Part shown: piece by piece, positions 6,658-16,443 of the stretch
Layout of the letters: each line of letters starts with the position of its first letter
Position numbering within the stretch: position 1 is the first letter of the stretch
The notes under the pieces: generated by a model
Databases searched by the model: none
What the model was told of the DNA's origin: nothing
Seen by the model: the letters and a program-made list of their open reading frames with translations, nothing else
Program-made: the position numbers and the translations under genes
Origin: Planctomycetota bacterium
GTDB lineage: Bacteria > Planctomycetota > PLA2 > JAEUHO01
Assembly (NCBI GenBank): GCA_965223505.1
Contig: CBDCWP010000007.1
Span: 1-64,000 of the forward strand
Length of the DNA: 64,000 nt
Reading direction: 5' to 3'

Positions 6658-9645
6658 CTACTCGAGGTCCCGGCGGCGAAAGACGAGTCGGAAGCCGCAG
6701 TCACCGCCGGCGTGCTCGGGATCGCGAGGGTGTCGCGCCGTGGTCGAGAACTCCCACCCCCGGCCCCGCAGCACGGATCCCCCGGCGGCCATGCCGCTGA
6801 AGCCTCGGGTGCCATCCCAATCCATCCACTCGATCACGCTGCCGCACAGGTCGTAGACGCCGGCCGGCGACTCGTCGATTGGAAAGCTCATCACGGGGTC
6901 GTATCCGCGAAACTCGTGTGTGACGTGAAGCGAGCTCACCCACTTGGGCCGAAACACGTCGCCGTGGGCGAAGCCGGCGAACGAGTTCCCGTGCGCGGCC
7001 CCGCGATACTCCTCGTGGGTCGGGATGCGATACGGCCTGCCGTCGCGCGCTCCCCGCCAGGCCGCGTACGCCTTCGCGTCGGCCAGATCGAGTCCCCGCA
7101 CCGGACGGTCGGGTCGCCACGTCGGCGGAAGCTCGAAACGGCCGTGTTCGTTGCGAATCCAGTGTCCGCCGGAGGCGGTGTTGAGCTGGTCGTCGCGTGG
7201 GTAGCGGATGTACCGGCCCTCTTCGAGGGCCGCGTCGATCTCCGCGAGGACCGCGGGGTCGTTGAGGAATTCGAGATACTCGGCGTTCGTCACCTCCCGC
7301 TCCTGCATCCAAAACGCGTCTTCGTCCGTACCGCGGACCGAGATGTAGACGAATCCCGGCGGCGTGGTCCCGATCGGGAGGGGCTTCAAGTCGTACCACT
7401 CGTCCCATCCGCCGCGGATCTTGCGCTGCAGGATCTGGTCTTCGTATCCCTTCCTGCGAAGGAGGAAGACATAGCGTCCGGGTTCGAGCGGATACGCTTC
7501 CGTCGGCGTGATGCCGATCCGGCTGCCGGGAGACGCGAACAGCGGCACGGCGGTCGTTCGTACGACGAGGCCGACCGGAAGCTGCATCTCGCGAACCACA
7601 CCGTCCTGGTAGACGCGGGCGGGCACGTTACCGCGCTCGGCGACGGCGGCCGCCGAGAGCACCTCGATGGGGGGCCGGTTCCAGCGCACCTCGAACTCGC
7701 GATCGTCCCTTGCGAAGACGTAGCGATGGGGACCGGGCGCGTCGGGCGGTCTGCCGTCGAGCATCAGCCGAATGCGACGCTTCCCGATGGCGACGAGGCG
7801 GTCCCCCCGGCGCACCTCGCCGTGCGAATCGGCGGCGAGGAAGGTGGCCTCGATCGGATGCCCGAACACCTCCAGAATCTGATCGCCCTGACGTAGATCA
7901 CCCGCGCCGCGCACGACACGAAGCGTCCACGTTCCCGGCAGGACCGGCGTCTCGCCGCGCACCGGCACCGGGACCAGCCGCCGGTCCCCGCCCGGGTCGA
8001 GGTCCCGCTGCACGTCGTGACGAAACGCGTGCAGCTCGAAACCCGCGGGGGTCGTGGACGCCCTGATCGAGCCGGACTTCAACAGCGCGCCGGTGTACCG
8101 CCCGTCGGGATCGTACTTGGCGATCTCGGCGCGATAGCGACGCACCGCCGCCTCGTTGGCCTGCGTGCGTGCTTCCTCCATGCGCTCCAACCAGAGCCGA
8201 GCCGTCACCTCGTCGACGCCGGGGACGTCGCGATCCCGTTGCTGCGCCTGATGCAGCAGCTCCAACACCCGGCTGAACATCAGGTCGCGCTCGGTGCCGG
8301 CCTTCTCACCCCGGTCCGTCATATCTTCCAGCTGACGGTCCTGCTCTTCGGTGGTGTGTCTGGACTCGTACCGCAGGAGCAGCTCACGAAAGCCCTCGTC
8401 GTAGTCCTTGCTGTCGATGCGCGCTTCTCGATAGTCGGCCAGCACCCCGCGCGCCCGCTCGACGAGTTGCAGCGCCTCCTGCCTCCGCTCGGCAGCTCGT
8501 TGCGCGCTGCCGTAGATCAGCAGCGCCACGATGGTCAGGACCGCGACCAGCAGGCCGGATACGGCGGTCGCCGTCACGGGTCTGCGACGTGTCCACTTTC
8601 GCAGCCGGGTGATCGGACCCGGTGCTCGCGCTCGGACGGGGCGCGATCGCGAGAGCGCCTCGAGGTCGTCGGCGAACGCCGACATGTCGTCGTAGCGCGC
8701 CGACGGCTTCTTCTCCATGGCCTTGAGGACGACGAGGTCGGCGTCGCGCGGCACGGATGGGTTGAGTCGCGACGGCGGCACGGCGTCTTCCAGCAACACC
8801 TGGCGGAAGACGCCTTCCAGCGTCTTGCCACGGAAGGGCAGGCCGCCCGTCACGCACTCGTACGCCGTGATGCCGAGCAGGTACACGTCGGTGCGGGCGT
8901 CGACGTCGCCGCCCTTGATCTGCTCGGGCGCGGCGTAGAGCGGCGAGCCCGCGAAGCTCTTGGTGAGGCGGGTGGCTTCGAGGCCGGTCATGTGGGCGAT
9001 GCCGAAGTCCAACAGCACGGCCCGGTCGTCCGGCGTGATGAGCACGTTGCTCGGCTTGACGTCGCGATGGACGATGCCCTGCTTGTGCGCGTACGCGAGT
9101 GCCCGGGCGAGCTGGGCCATCCACTGAAACAGGCGGTGGATGGGGATCGCGGTTCCTTCCTCGCGCAGGATCTCGGCGAGGGACCTGCCCGGAACGAACT
9201 CCATCGCGATGAACTGAACGTCCTGGTCCTCGGCGAGCTCGTAGACGCTCACGACGGCGGGGTGACGCAGCTGCGCGATCGCGCGCGCTTCGCGGCGGAA
9301 GCGCCGCAGCATGGTCGCCGAGGCGCCGAGCTCCGGACGCACGATCTTCAGCGCCACGATTCGACCGAGCGCCTCTTGCTCGGCCAGGAACACCGTTCCC
9401 ATACCACCCGTTCCCAGGCGGCGAACGAGTCGATACCCGCCGAGCCGCTCGAAGGGGAGTTCACCGTCGGCGTCGGACGACGCGGCGACGTACTCGCGAT
9501 GAAGCGCGTGGACGAGCTCGCGCATCTCGGTATCGACGTCGGGGTAGCGTGCGAGATAGAGATCGGGTTCTTCGGGACAACCGTCGAGGCAGGTCGCCAG
9601 ATACGCGTCGTAGACGTCCGTTGGATCGCGCGGGTCGGCGGCCAT
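6658..9645 (-). CDS. Membrane Ser/Thr protein kinase with C-terminal formylglycine-generating-enzyme (FGE-sulfatase) domain
   Basis: Start MAADPRDP. Kinase motifs LGTGGMGTV, VALK, HRDVKPSN, DFG and APEQ. One TM helix. FGE motifs EVTNAEYLEF, YRIPTHEEY, GVYDLCGSVIEW and GFRLV. Confidence 0.9.
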   Translation of the reverse strand: MAADPRDPTDVYDAYLATCLDGCPEEPDLYLARYPDVDTEMRELVHALHREYVAASSDADGELPFERLGGYRLVRRLGTGGMGTVFLAEQEALGRIVALKIVRPELGASATMLRRFRREARAIAQLRHPAVVSVYELAEDQDVQFIAMEFVPGRSLAEILREEGTAIPIHRLFQWMAQLARALAYAHKQGIVHRDVKPSNVLITPDDRAVLLDFGIAHMTGLEATRLTKSFAGSPLYAAPEQIKGGDVDARTDVYLLGITAYECVTGGLPFRGKTLEGVFRQVLLEDAVPPSRLNPSVPRDADLVVLKAMEKKPSARYDDMSAFADDLEALSRSRPVRARAPGPITRLRKWTRRRPVTATAVSGLLVAVLTIVALLIYGSAQRAAERRQEALQLVERARGVLADYREARIDSKDYDEGFRELLLRYESRHTTEEQDRQLEDMTDRGEKAGTERDLMFSRVLELLHQAQQRDRDVPGVDEVTARLWLERMEEARTQANEAAVRRYRAEIAKYDPDGRYTGALLKSGSIRASTTPAGFELHAFRHDVQRDLDPGGDRRLVPVPVRGETPVLPGTWTLRVVRGAGDLRQGDQILEVFGHPIEATFLAADSHGEVRRGDRLVAIGKRRIRLMLDGRPPDAPGPHRYVFARDDREFEVRWNRPPIEVLSAAAVAERGNVPARVYQDGVVREMQLPVGLVVRTTAVPLFASPGSRIGITPTEAYPLEPGRYVFLLRRKGYEDQILQRKIRGGWDEWYDLKPLPIGTTPPGFVYISVRGTDEDAFWMQEREVTNAEYLEFLNDPAVLAEIDAALEEGRYIRYPRDDQLNTASGGHWIRNEHGRFELPPTWRPDRPVRGLDLADAKAYAAWRGARDGRPYRIPTHEEYRGAAHGNSFAGFAHGDVFRPKWVSSLHVTHEFRGYDPVMSFPIDESPAGVYDLCGSVIEWMDWDGTRGFSGMAAGGSVLRGRGWEFSTTARHPRDPEHAGGDCGFRLVFRRRDLE

Positions 9646-9879
9646 GCGAACAGGATATCGCATCCGCGACTGCCGGGCGGGGGACCCGGTCCGAACGCAA
9701 TGACCCGCCGTCCACGTCGAGCGGCCACGCCGCCGGCACAGCCGAGTGCACGGCAATTGCGGAAGAAACCGACGCCGCCAATCAAAGCTGCGGCAAGAAG
9801 CACAGCCGTGGGTCGAACTCGCGGATTGGCGGCGAAAAGTCACTCGCTCGTTTGCGCCCAGGGGTGTGGAATATACGAG

Positions 9880-12597
9880 ATGGCGCTGACCTCCACCTTC
9901 AGCCGCCGCGTGAGCGTGGCGGTCGCCGGATGCCTGGTCGCCGCCGCCGCCTGTGTCGCGTGGGAGCTCTTCACACCGGAGGAGTGGGAGGCACCCGCCG
10001 AGATACGCATCGGGACGGCACGCGAAGGCGGCGCCTACCTGCCGATCGGCAACGCCTTCAAGCCCATCCTCGAACGCGAGTTCGAGGGGTCGTCCGTCTC
10101 GGTGCACGCGACGGGCGGGAGCGTCGCGAATCGTCTGCTCCTCGAAGACGGGCTGCTCGAGCTCGCGATACTCCAGAGCGACGTCGAACCGAGCGACAAG
10201 GTTCGCATCGTTCGTCCATTGCACGACGAGTTCCTGCAAATCGTCGTGAACACCGATGCCATCGCCGACGCGAAGTCGATCGTGGACCTGAAAGGCACAC
10301 GCATCTCCGCCGGACCGAAGGGCAGCGGCTCGCGGCGCCTCGTCATGGATCTGCTCACGTGGTACGACGTCGAGCTCGAGCTCGACGATGTGGCCAGCCC
10401 CGCGGAAGAGCAACGGCGCCTCCTGGCCGGTGAGATCGCGGCGATCTGTCGCGTGGCCGGTAGTCCCGACAACTTGATCAAAGAAATTCTGGAAGACGAC
10501 CGGATGACCTTGATTCCGGTCGAGCCGGGAACGGATGACAAGGCGCCTCGGAGGCTCGACGCATTCGGCGGCCCCAATCTCTTCGAGCCGGTCGAGCTGC
10601 CGAATTCGTACAGGCGGCAACCTCCGGGTCTCTGGACCGTGAACGTCACGGCGCTCTTGGTGGCGCATGCCGATCTCGACGACGGCTTCGTCTACGCATT
10701 GGCGAAGCTCTCGAAGGACGATCTCGCCGAGATGCGCAAGGACAAGAGTGTGCGCGTCCATCTCGGCGAGCTGCGGCCTTGCGAGGACGACTACAGTCAT
10801 CCGTACCACCACGGCGCCAAGGCATTCCACGAAGGGCAAAGCGTGGCGCACTCGGACCTGCTGGCTTGTCTGATGCGCCTGGGGCTCGCGGCCGTGTTCG
10901 CTGTGCTCGCGGTGGTCCTCTTCACGCGCGAGTTCCGACGCGTGCGTCGCATGAAGGCGTACGAGCGTAGCGTACCGAAGGGCGACCTCGACCCGTCGAA
11001 ACCGTTCGACCTCTTTCTCTCTTACAGCTCGCGCAGCAAGCGGGCGCGCAACGCCGTGAGGGTCATCGCCGAGGAGTTCGAGCCCGAGGTGACGTGCTGG
11101 TACGCACCCCGCAATGTCGCCTTCGGCGACGAGTGGACGGAGGGCATCGCGAACGCCATCGCGAGAACGCAGCAGGCGCTCGTCTTGATGTTCACGAAGG
11201 AGGCGTGTCGATCGAAGCACATCGCGCGCGAGCTACGACTCGCCGACAAACGCGACCTTAGAATCCTGCCGTTCTGGATGGAAGATGCGGAACCGTCGGT
11301 CTCCGACAACAAGGTCATCTACACGCTCGCGGGCCTTCAGCGCATCGACGCGTCGGGCCCGCGTGACGTCGCCATCCGAGCCCTGCACGACGCCGTTCGA
11401 CGGCCCGCGTCTCACGAGGATCTGCTTCCCGACCCTGTGATCCTCAAACGTCGCTCGGCTCCTTGGATGGTAGGCGCAGCCGCCGTCCTGTTGCTCGCGC
11501 TGTTTCCGCTGTGGAAGCCGTGGACGAAAGACGCCGTCGTCGAGGCGCCGGGGCCCGCGTTGACAAAGCCGGAACGCGAACAGCTGCTTCTCGGACAGCT
11601 CATCTACGAGTGGGCGTTCGAGGGCCAGCGCCCGGGTGTCACGTACGAGGTCCGTCGTACGAACGGTCGCGAGACCGCCACCTCCGAACGAATCAGCGTG
11701 TCCGCCTTCGAGGAACGGGCGCTTCACGGGACGATCAAGTGGCAGGTGCGAGCATTCGTGCCGGGATCGGACGGCGAGGTCGTCGCCACCGCGTGGTCCA
11801 CGCCGTCTCGCGTCGAGTTCTACAAAGACACGCTGCAGAAGATACGGATGCGGGGCGAGGTCGTCGTCGCCATCAGTGACGTGGTGAATCGCAAGAGAGA
11901 GGCCAATCCGGAGCTCCGTCTCATCGATCTTGCACTCAACACGGATCCGAACGAGAAGGTCCTCGTGTTGTATGAAAGCCGGTCGTTCGCCGACCTGAGC
12001 GGTTTGTTCAAAGGAGACGAGGCAGCCGAATTCGACGTCATGGCCGCTCGAATCTCGATCCGCGAGGACCGTGTAACGGGGCCCAACGCGTGGCGCGTCG
12101 CGTTCACCGACCCGCTGGATCAGTATCCACAGGCGTTCGTGTACCTTCCCGACAAGCAGCTGTGTGTCGGCCCCAATGCGTCCGGGCCCTGCCGTGTCGG
12201 TGTCGTCGAGGGGACGACGAACGAGGCGTTCATGGACGAGCTCCTGGCGGCGCGGAAACCGGAAGGCGCCGAGGTGGTCACGTTCACGGGCAGGACCCAC
12301 GTATACAAGCGGATGTACAACGCGTTGCGCGCGGGAGAGCTGGACCTCTTGACGGTCGACCGACCGTTTGCCGTACAGCTGCAGAAGGAGGCTGCGCAGA
12401 AAGACGACGTGACGCTTGCCGTGAGCACCGTCGACCAAGTTCTGCCGAGTCCGCCGCGGGACGAGAGGATCGCGCTCGCGGTCAAGTCGGCCGATCAACG
12501 CCTTCGCGACCGACTCGACGCGGCACTGAAGGAGCATCGCGCCGAGATCGATCGGATGTTCGACGAGCTTCAGCCGCGACCGATGCTGATCGACTGA
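9880..12597 (+). CDS. Multidomain membrane protein: TAXI-type solute-binding domain - TM - TIR domain - TM - family 3 solute-binding domain
   Basis: TAXI motifs IGTAREGGAYLPIG, TGGSVAN, AILQSD and GPKGSGS. TIR motifs FDLFLSYSS, CWYAPRNVAFGDEWTEGIANAI and SKHIARELRLA. C-terminal ISIREDR...FTDP...VGVVEGTTNE...LRDRLDAAL. Confidence 0.8.
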   Translation: MALTSTFSRRVSVAVAGCLVAAAACVAWELFTPEEWEAPAEIRIGTAREGGAYLPIGNAFKPILEREFEGSSVSVHATGGSVANRLLLEDGLLELAILQSDVEPSDKVRIVRPLHDEFLQIVVNTDAIADAKSIVDLKGTRISAGPKGSGSRRLVMDLLTWYDVELELDDVASPAEEQRRLLAGEIAAICRVAGSPDNLIKEILEDDRMTLIPVEPGTDDKAPRRLDAFGGPNLFEPVELPNSYRRQPPGLWTVNVTALLVAHADLDDGFVYALAKLSKDDLAEMRKDKSVRVHLGELRPCEDDYSHPYHHGAKAFHEGQSVAHSDLLACLMRLGLAAVFAVLAVVLFTREFRRVRRMKAYERSVPKGDLDPSKPFDLFLSYSSRSKRARNAVRVIAEEFEPEVTCWYAPRNVAFGDEWTEGIANAIARTQQALVLMFTKEACRSKHIARELRLADKRDLRILPFWMEDAEPSVSDNKVIYTLAGLQRIDASGPRDVAIRALHDAVRRPASHEDLLPDPVILKRRSAPWMVGAAAVLLLALFPLWKPWTKDAVVEAPGPALTKPEREQLLLGQLIYEWAFEGQRPGVTYEVRRTNGRETATSERISVSAFEERALHGTIKWQVRAFVPGSDGEVVATAWSTPSRVEFYKDTLQKIRMRGEVVVAISDVVNRKREANPELRLIDLALNTDPNEKVLVLYESRSFADLSGLFKGDEAAEFDVMAARISIREDRVTGPNAWRVAFTDPLDQYPQAFVYLPDKQLCVGPNASGPCRVGVVEGTTNEAFMDELLAARKPEGAEVVTFTGRTHVYKRMYNALRAGELDLLTVDRPFAVQLQKEAAQKDDVTLAVSTVDQVLPSPPRDERIALAVKSADQRLRDRLDAALKEHRAEIDRMFDELQPRPMLID

Positions 12598-12632
12598 TGA
12601 TTCGCTGACCCCGGTCGCGGTATGCTTCCGGC

Positions 12633-14105
12633 ATGCGAGAGGGGGGCGACGGCACCGGCGGGCGCAAGCGGCCCGGATGGGCGCTCGTGAACTGCTGGGC
12701 GCTCTTCTCGGGCTCGTCCCTGTTCGCAACCGCCGTCGCGCTGGATCTCACCGAAGAGAAGTCCGTCGCCGGACAGGTGTTCGATGCCGAGAACGTCACG
12801 CTCGCCGCCTGGGCGACGGCCATCGCGCTGAGCGTGACAGGCACCGTGCTGTTTCTCATCTGGCTGTATCGTTGCTGGAGCACGGTGCCCGCCGCGGATC
12901 GCAGGTGCTCGCCCGGCGCCGCCGTCGGACTGCTCTTCGTTCCGCTCTTCAACTTGTACTGGATCTTCGTCGCGATCGTCGGGCTCTCGAGCTCGCTCGG
13001 CAGGTCGTTCGGCAGGCAGTACGCCCGTCCGCCGGGGCTCAAGCTCGCGCGCGCCGTTTGCATCTTCACGATTCTCTTCGGTCTGCTCGGTGTCGTGTGC
13101 ACCGGGCTCGAGCTGATTCCCTGGGTGCTGTTGGTCGCCTGGGTGTGTGTGACCAACGACGCGAAGAACCGCCTCTTGTCCGGCAGCCCGGCCGAGCCGC
13201 AGACGGCGCGCTCCGTCGACGCAATCTGGATCGTCGTCGGCGGCGTGGCCGCGGTCGGCTGCGCGGTCGTTCCGCTGGGCATGTTGTCCGAGACCGAGAC
13301 GGAACTGCACTGGTTCTGGTCGGCGATCCTCGAAGGCTCTGCGCTCGACGGCCTGCTGGCATCGATGCCCGCAGCTGTGGGCCTGCTCGCGGTGTTGATG
13401 GTTCGCAGCCTGCCGCCGCGTGTCGTCGGTGTCGCCGTGTCGGCGCTTGCCGTCGGTACGATTGTTGTCAGCCGGCTCTTCTCGTCGCACCGCGCCAATG
13501 ACCTCGGCCTGCTGGAGTTCGCGGCGCTCGTCGGCGCGTTCGTCGGCATTGCGGTCGCCCGCTCCGGAGCCTCGAAACGCGCGCGCCGAACGGGCGCGAC
13601 CGTCTGCGCAGCAAGCGCGGCCATCGGACTCGCGCTCGTCCTCCTGCCGCGACAGGCGATGGATGACCAGCACAGCTTGGTGCTCGGGCCGTACTTGCAG
13701 CACTTCGAGACGACCGCGACCGATCCGTTGCTTCGTGAGGTCGCTCGGTTCCAGGGGCCGCGCCGGATCCACTTCGCGTATCCGTTGAGGCTCGACGACC
13801 ATGAGTTCACGGATGTGAACTTCTTCGGCCTCGTCCGTCGGCTCCTGGAGGCCGTCTTCTTCACGGCTTGTCTCGCCGGATTCAGGCGATCCAGGACGCG
13901 ATTCACGTGGATCTGGCCGCTCGGGGTGCTGGCGCTGGCGGTGATTCCGTTCCAGAGCTGGTTGCTCAAGGAAGCGGTCGCCGTACAGGGCATGCTGCCG
14001 TTCTCCGGCACCTTGCAGCTCAAGGCGTACTTGCTGGCCGCGGGCGTCGGATTGTTGCTCTGGCGCGGACTGACCGTCTGGATTCGCGAGGCGAGCGAAT
14101 TCTGA
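12633..14105 (+). CDS. Polytopic membrane protein, DUF4328-like N-terminus
   Basis: Many hydrophobic helices. FLIWLYRCW...SPGAAVGLLFVPLFNLYW motif. Confidence 0.55.
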   Translation: MREGGDGTGGRKRPGWALVNCWALFSGSSLFATAVALDLTEEKSVAGQVFDAENVTLAAWATAIALSVTGTVLFLIWLYRCWSTVPAADRRCSPGAAVGLLFVPLFNLYWIFVAIVGLSSSLGRSFGRQYARPPGLKLARAVCIFTILFGLLGVVCTGLELIPWVLLVAWVCVTNDAKNRLLSGSPAEPQTARSVDAIWIVVGGVAAVGCAVVPLGMLSETETELHWFWSAILEGSALDGLLASMPAAVGLLAVLMVRSLPPRVVGVAVSALAVGTIVVSRLFSSHRANDLGLLEFAALVGAFVGIAVARSGASKRARRTGATVCAASAAIGLALVLLPRQAMDDQHSLVLGPYLQHFETTATDPLLREVARFQGPRRIHFAYPLRLDDHEFTDVNFFGLVRRLLEAVFFTACLAGFRRSRTRFTWIWPLGVLALAVIPFQSWLLKEAVAVQGMLPFSGTLQLKAYLLAAGVGLLLWRGLTVWIREASEF

Positions 14106-14140
14106 GACGATCCGATCGCCGGGGCCATCCGGAGTGACCC

Positions 14141-14560
14141 ATGGACGTACACAGCGAAACGCTCGAGTTCTCTACCGGGGGCAACGACGACGTCCGCGAT
14201 CTCACGGGCGACGTGCAGCAGTGCGTCGCGGCGAGTGGATGCACGAGCGGAAGCGTCACGGTGTTCTGCCCGGGCAGCACGGGCGGCGTGACCACGATCG
14301 AGTACGAACCGGGGCTCGTGCACGACATTCAGGAGGCCGTGGAGCGATTGTTTCCCCGCTCACTGCGCTACCGTCACAACGAGCTCAATCACGACGACAA
14401 CGGTCACAGCCACGTGCGCGCGGCGGTGGTGGGGCCCTCGCTGACCGTGCCCTTCATCGACGGGCGCCTCACGCTCGGGACCTGGCAACAGATCGTCTTT
14501 CTGGACTTCGACTCGGGGCCGCGTAAGCGGCGGCTCGTGGTGCAGGTGCTCGGCCGCTAG
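14141..14560 (+). CDS. yjbQ: YjbQ/UPF0047 family protein (secondary thiamine-phosphate synthase)
   Basis: GSTGGVTTIEYEPG, DNGHSHVRA and LGTWQQIVFLDFD. Confidence 0.9.
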   Translation: MDVHSETLEFSTGGNDDVRDLTGDVQQCVAASGCTSGSVTVFCPGSTGGVTTIEYEPGLVHDIQEAVERLFPRSLRYRHNELNHDDNGHSHVRAAVVGPSLTVPFIDGRLTLGTWQQIVFLDFDSGPRKRRLVVQVLGR

Positions 14561-14565
14561 AGGGG

Positions 14566-15030
14566 CTACTTCTTCCCGCGCTTCTTCTTCTTCTTTCGCG
14601 GGCCCTTGCGCTTGTCCTTCTTCTTGCTCTTGCCCTTCGAGGCGCGCTCGGTCTTCTCTTTCTGCTTCTTCGACGTGCGCGGCTTCTTCTTGTCTTTCTT
14701 CCCGCGCTTGTCCTTCTTCGACTTCTGCTTGCGCTTCTTCCGCTTCGCGACGGCCGGCTTCTTGTCCTTTCGCTTCTTCCCCTTCTTCTTCTTGGCGGAG
14801 CGGCGCTTCTCGGGCGTCTTGGACGCGCTCGCGCGCGTGGTCGAGGCGACGAGTCGCCGCGCCGCCTGCTTCACACGCCGAGCGGTTACCGCTCCGAATC
14901 CGGGCGTCGCACTGATCTCCTCGACGGTCGCGTTCGCGAGTCGCCGCAACGTCGTGAATCCCTGCTCTGCGAGCGCGGCGGCGCGCTCCGGTCCGATGCC
15001 GTTGATGTCGGTCGTCGTCGGTGCTGTCAC
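14566..15030 (-). CDS. Helix-hairpin-helix DNA-binding protein with long Lys/Arg-rich tail
   Basis: Two HhH motifs (INGIGPERA and TPGFGAVTA) followed by about 85 aa dominated by K/R. Confidence 0.75.
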   Translation of the reverse strand: MTAPTTTDINGIGPERAAALAEQGFTTLRRLANATVEEISATPGFGAVTARRVKQAARRLVASTTRASASKTPEKRRSAKKKKGKKRKDKKPAVAKRKKRKQKSKKDKRGKKDKKKPRTSKKQKEKTERASKGKSKKKDKRKGPRKKKKKRGKK

Positions 15031-15203
15031 GTTCTGCCCTCCGGAAGCGCGGCGATCTTAGCGCGTTCGCGTCCCGCGCAATGCGCGACGTCGATTCATG
15101 TCCGAATGCGGCTGTGTGGAATTCCGCACTGCGCAAGGCAATTTCACGAACGACGCCCGACTACTGGTCAGGCGCTCACCTCGAGCGCGTCGGGAGCCTG
15201 ACA

Positions 15204-16439
15204 ATGACCGCGATCACTCGCGTTCTCGTCTTGTCGTTGATCGTCTCGGCCGTCACCGCGTGTGGCGGCGGCGACGACTTCGCAGCAGTCGTTCCGGCAC
15301 TCGGACAACCGCCGACCGCAGTTCTCGTTGTGACGAACCACGACGACGACGGCCCGGGCTCCTTGCGACAGGCGATCGCGGCCGCGCCGCCCGGCGCGTG
15401 GATCACGTTCGATACGGCGCTCGGGCTGGGGGCCGTCGTGCTCGAGTCCCCGCTGGTGATCACGAAGGTCCTCACCATCGGCGGCCTCGGCGGCGCGGGC
15501 GGCCGGCATCTGATCCACGGCCAGTTCATCCATCAGATCTTCTTCGTCGACGGCGGCGCATTGCAGCTGAACGACCTGCGGATCGAAGCCGGGTCGGCCG
15601 TGGAGGGCGGCGCGATCGAAGCGCGCAACGCCCACGTCGTTTGCTGGCGCGTCGCCTTCGCGCTCTCGTCCGTGACACTGAACGGCGGCTGCATCTTCAG
15701 CGAAGACGGGGTGCTCGAGGTCTACGACTCGCTGTTCCTCGGCAACTTCGCGGACGTGGACGGCGGCGCCATCACTGCGCGCGACTCGAGCACGCGCATC
15801 GAGCGTACGTCCTTCTCCGCGAACGGCTGCAACGAGCTCGGCGGCGCGCTGCGCATGACGGGCGGGACCGCGACGATCGTCAACTCGGCGTTCCACCACT
15901 GCGTGACCAACGCCTTCATGTCGTACGGCGGCGCGATCGCCGTCAGCTCGCACGGCGGATCGACGCCGGCGCTACTGCGCATCTTCAACTCGACCATCAC
16001 CGAGAACAATGCAGGCGAGGTGGGTGGGGGCATCTACGTGCGGCCGCTGGGCGGCAACACCGTCGACCTCGAGATGCAACGCACGATCCTGGCCCAGAAC
16101 ACGGCCGGGGCCGGCGACCCGGACGTCGCGTACAGCGGCGCCGGCTACGTCGTCACCGGCAGCTACAACCTCATCGGCGAGGGGTCGGGTGAGTTCGTCC
16201 ACGGAGTCGACAACAACCTGGTGGGCAGCAACGCGGTGCCGATCGATCCCATGCTGTTGGCCCCGATCATCCTGCCCGACGGACGACGCGTGAGCTTGCC
16301 GTTGCCGGCGAGCCCGGCGGTCGACGCGGTCCCGCCGGGCATGAACCCGAACCCCGAGGGCTTCCCGATGGTGGTCGATCTGCGGTTCCTACCGCGCGAC
16401 CCGGGCTTGCCCTCGGACATCGGCGCGATCGAGAACTAG
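15204..16439 (+). CDS. Lipoprotein with beta-helix (polymorphic-membrane-protein-like GGAI repeats, choice-of-anchor Q-like)
   Basis: Lipobox VTAC. DDGPGSLRQAI start, repeated GGAI/F.GN motifs, and C-terminal SPAVDA...DIGAIE. Confidence 0.7.
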   Translation: MTAITRVLVLSLIVSAVTACGGGDDFAAVVPALGQPPTAVLVVTNHDDDGPGSLRQAIAAAPPGAWITFDTALGLGAVVLESPLVITKVLTIGGLGGAGGRHLIHGQFIHQIFFVDGGALQLNDLRIEAGSAVEGGAIEARNAHVVCWRVAFALSSVTLNGGCIFSEDGVLEVYDSLFLGNFADVDGGAITARDSSTRIERTSFSANGCNELGGALRMTGGTATIVNSAFHHCVTNAFMSYGGAIAVSSHGGSTPALLRIFNSTITENNAGEVGGGIYVRPLGGNTVDLEMQRTILAQNTAGAGDPDVAYSGAGYVVTGSYNLIGEGSGEFVHGVDNNLVGSNAVPIDPMLLAPIILPDGRRVSLPLPASPAVDAVPPGMNPNPEGFPMVVDLRFLPRDPGLPSDIGAIEN

Positions 16440-16443
16440 GAGA

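Noticed and set aside
8017..11220. Very long overlapping ORFs 6658-11220 (-) and 8017-12597 (+) as 1500-aa proteins
   Set aside because: The N-terminal extensions are antisense shadows of each other. Recognisable domains start at 9645 (-) and 9880 (+).
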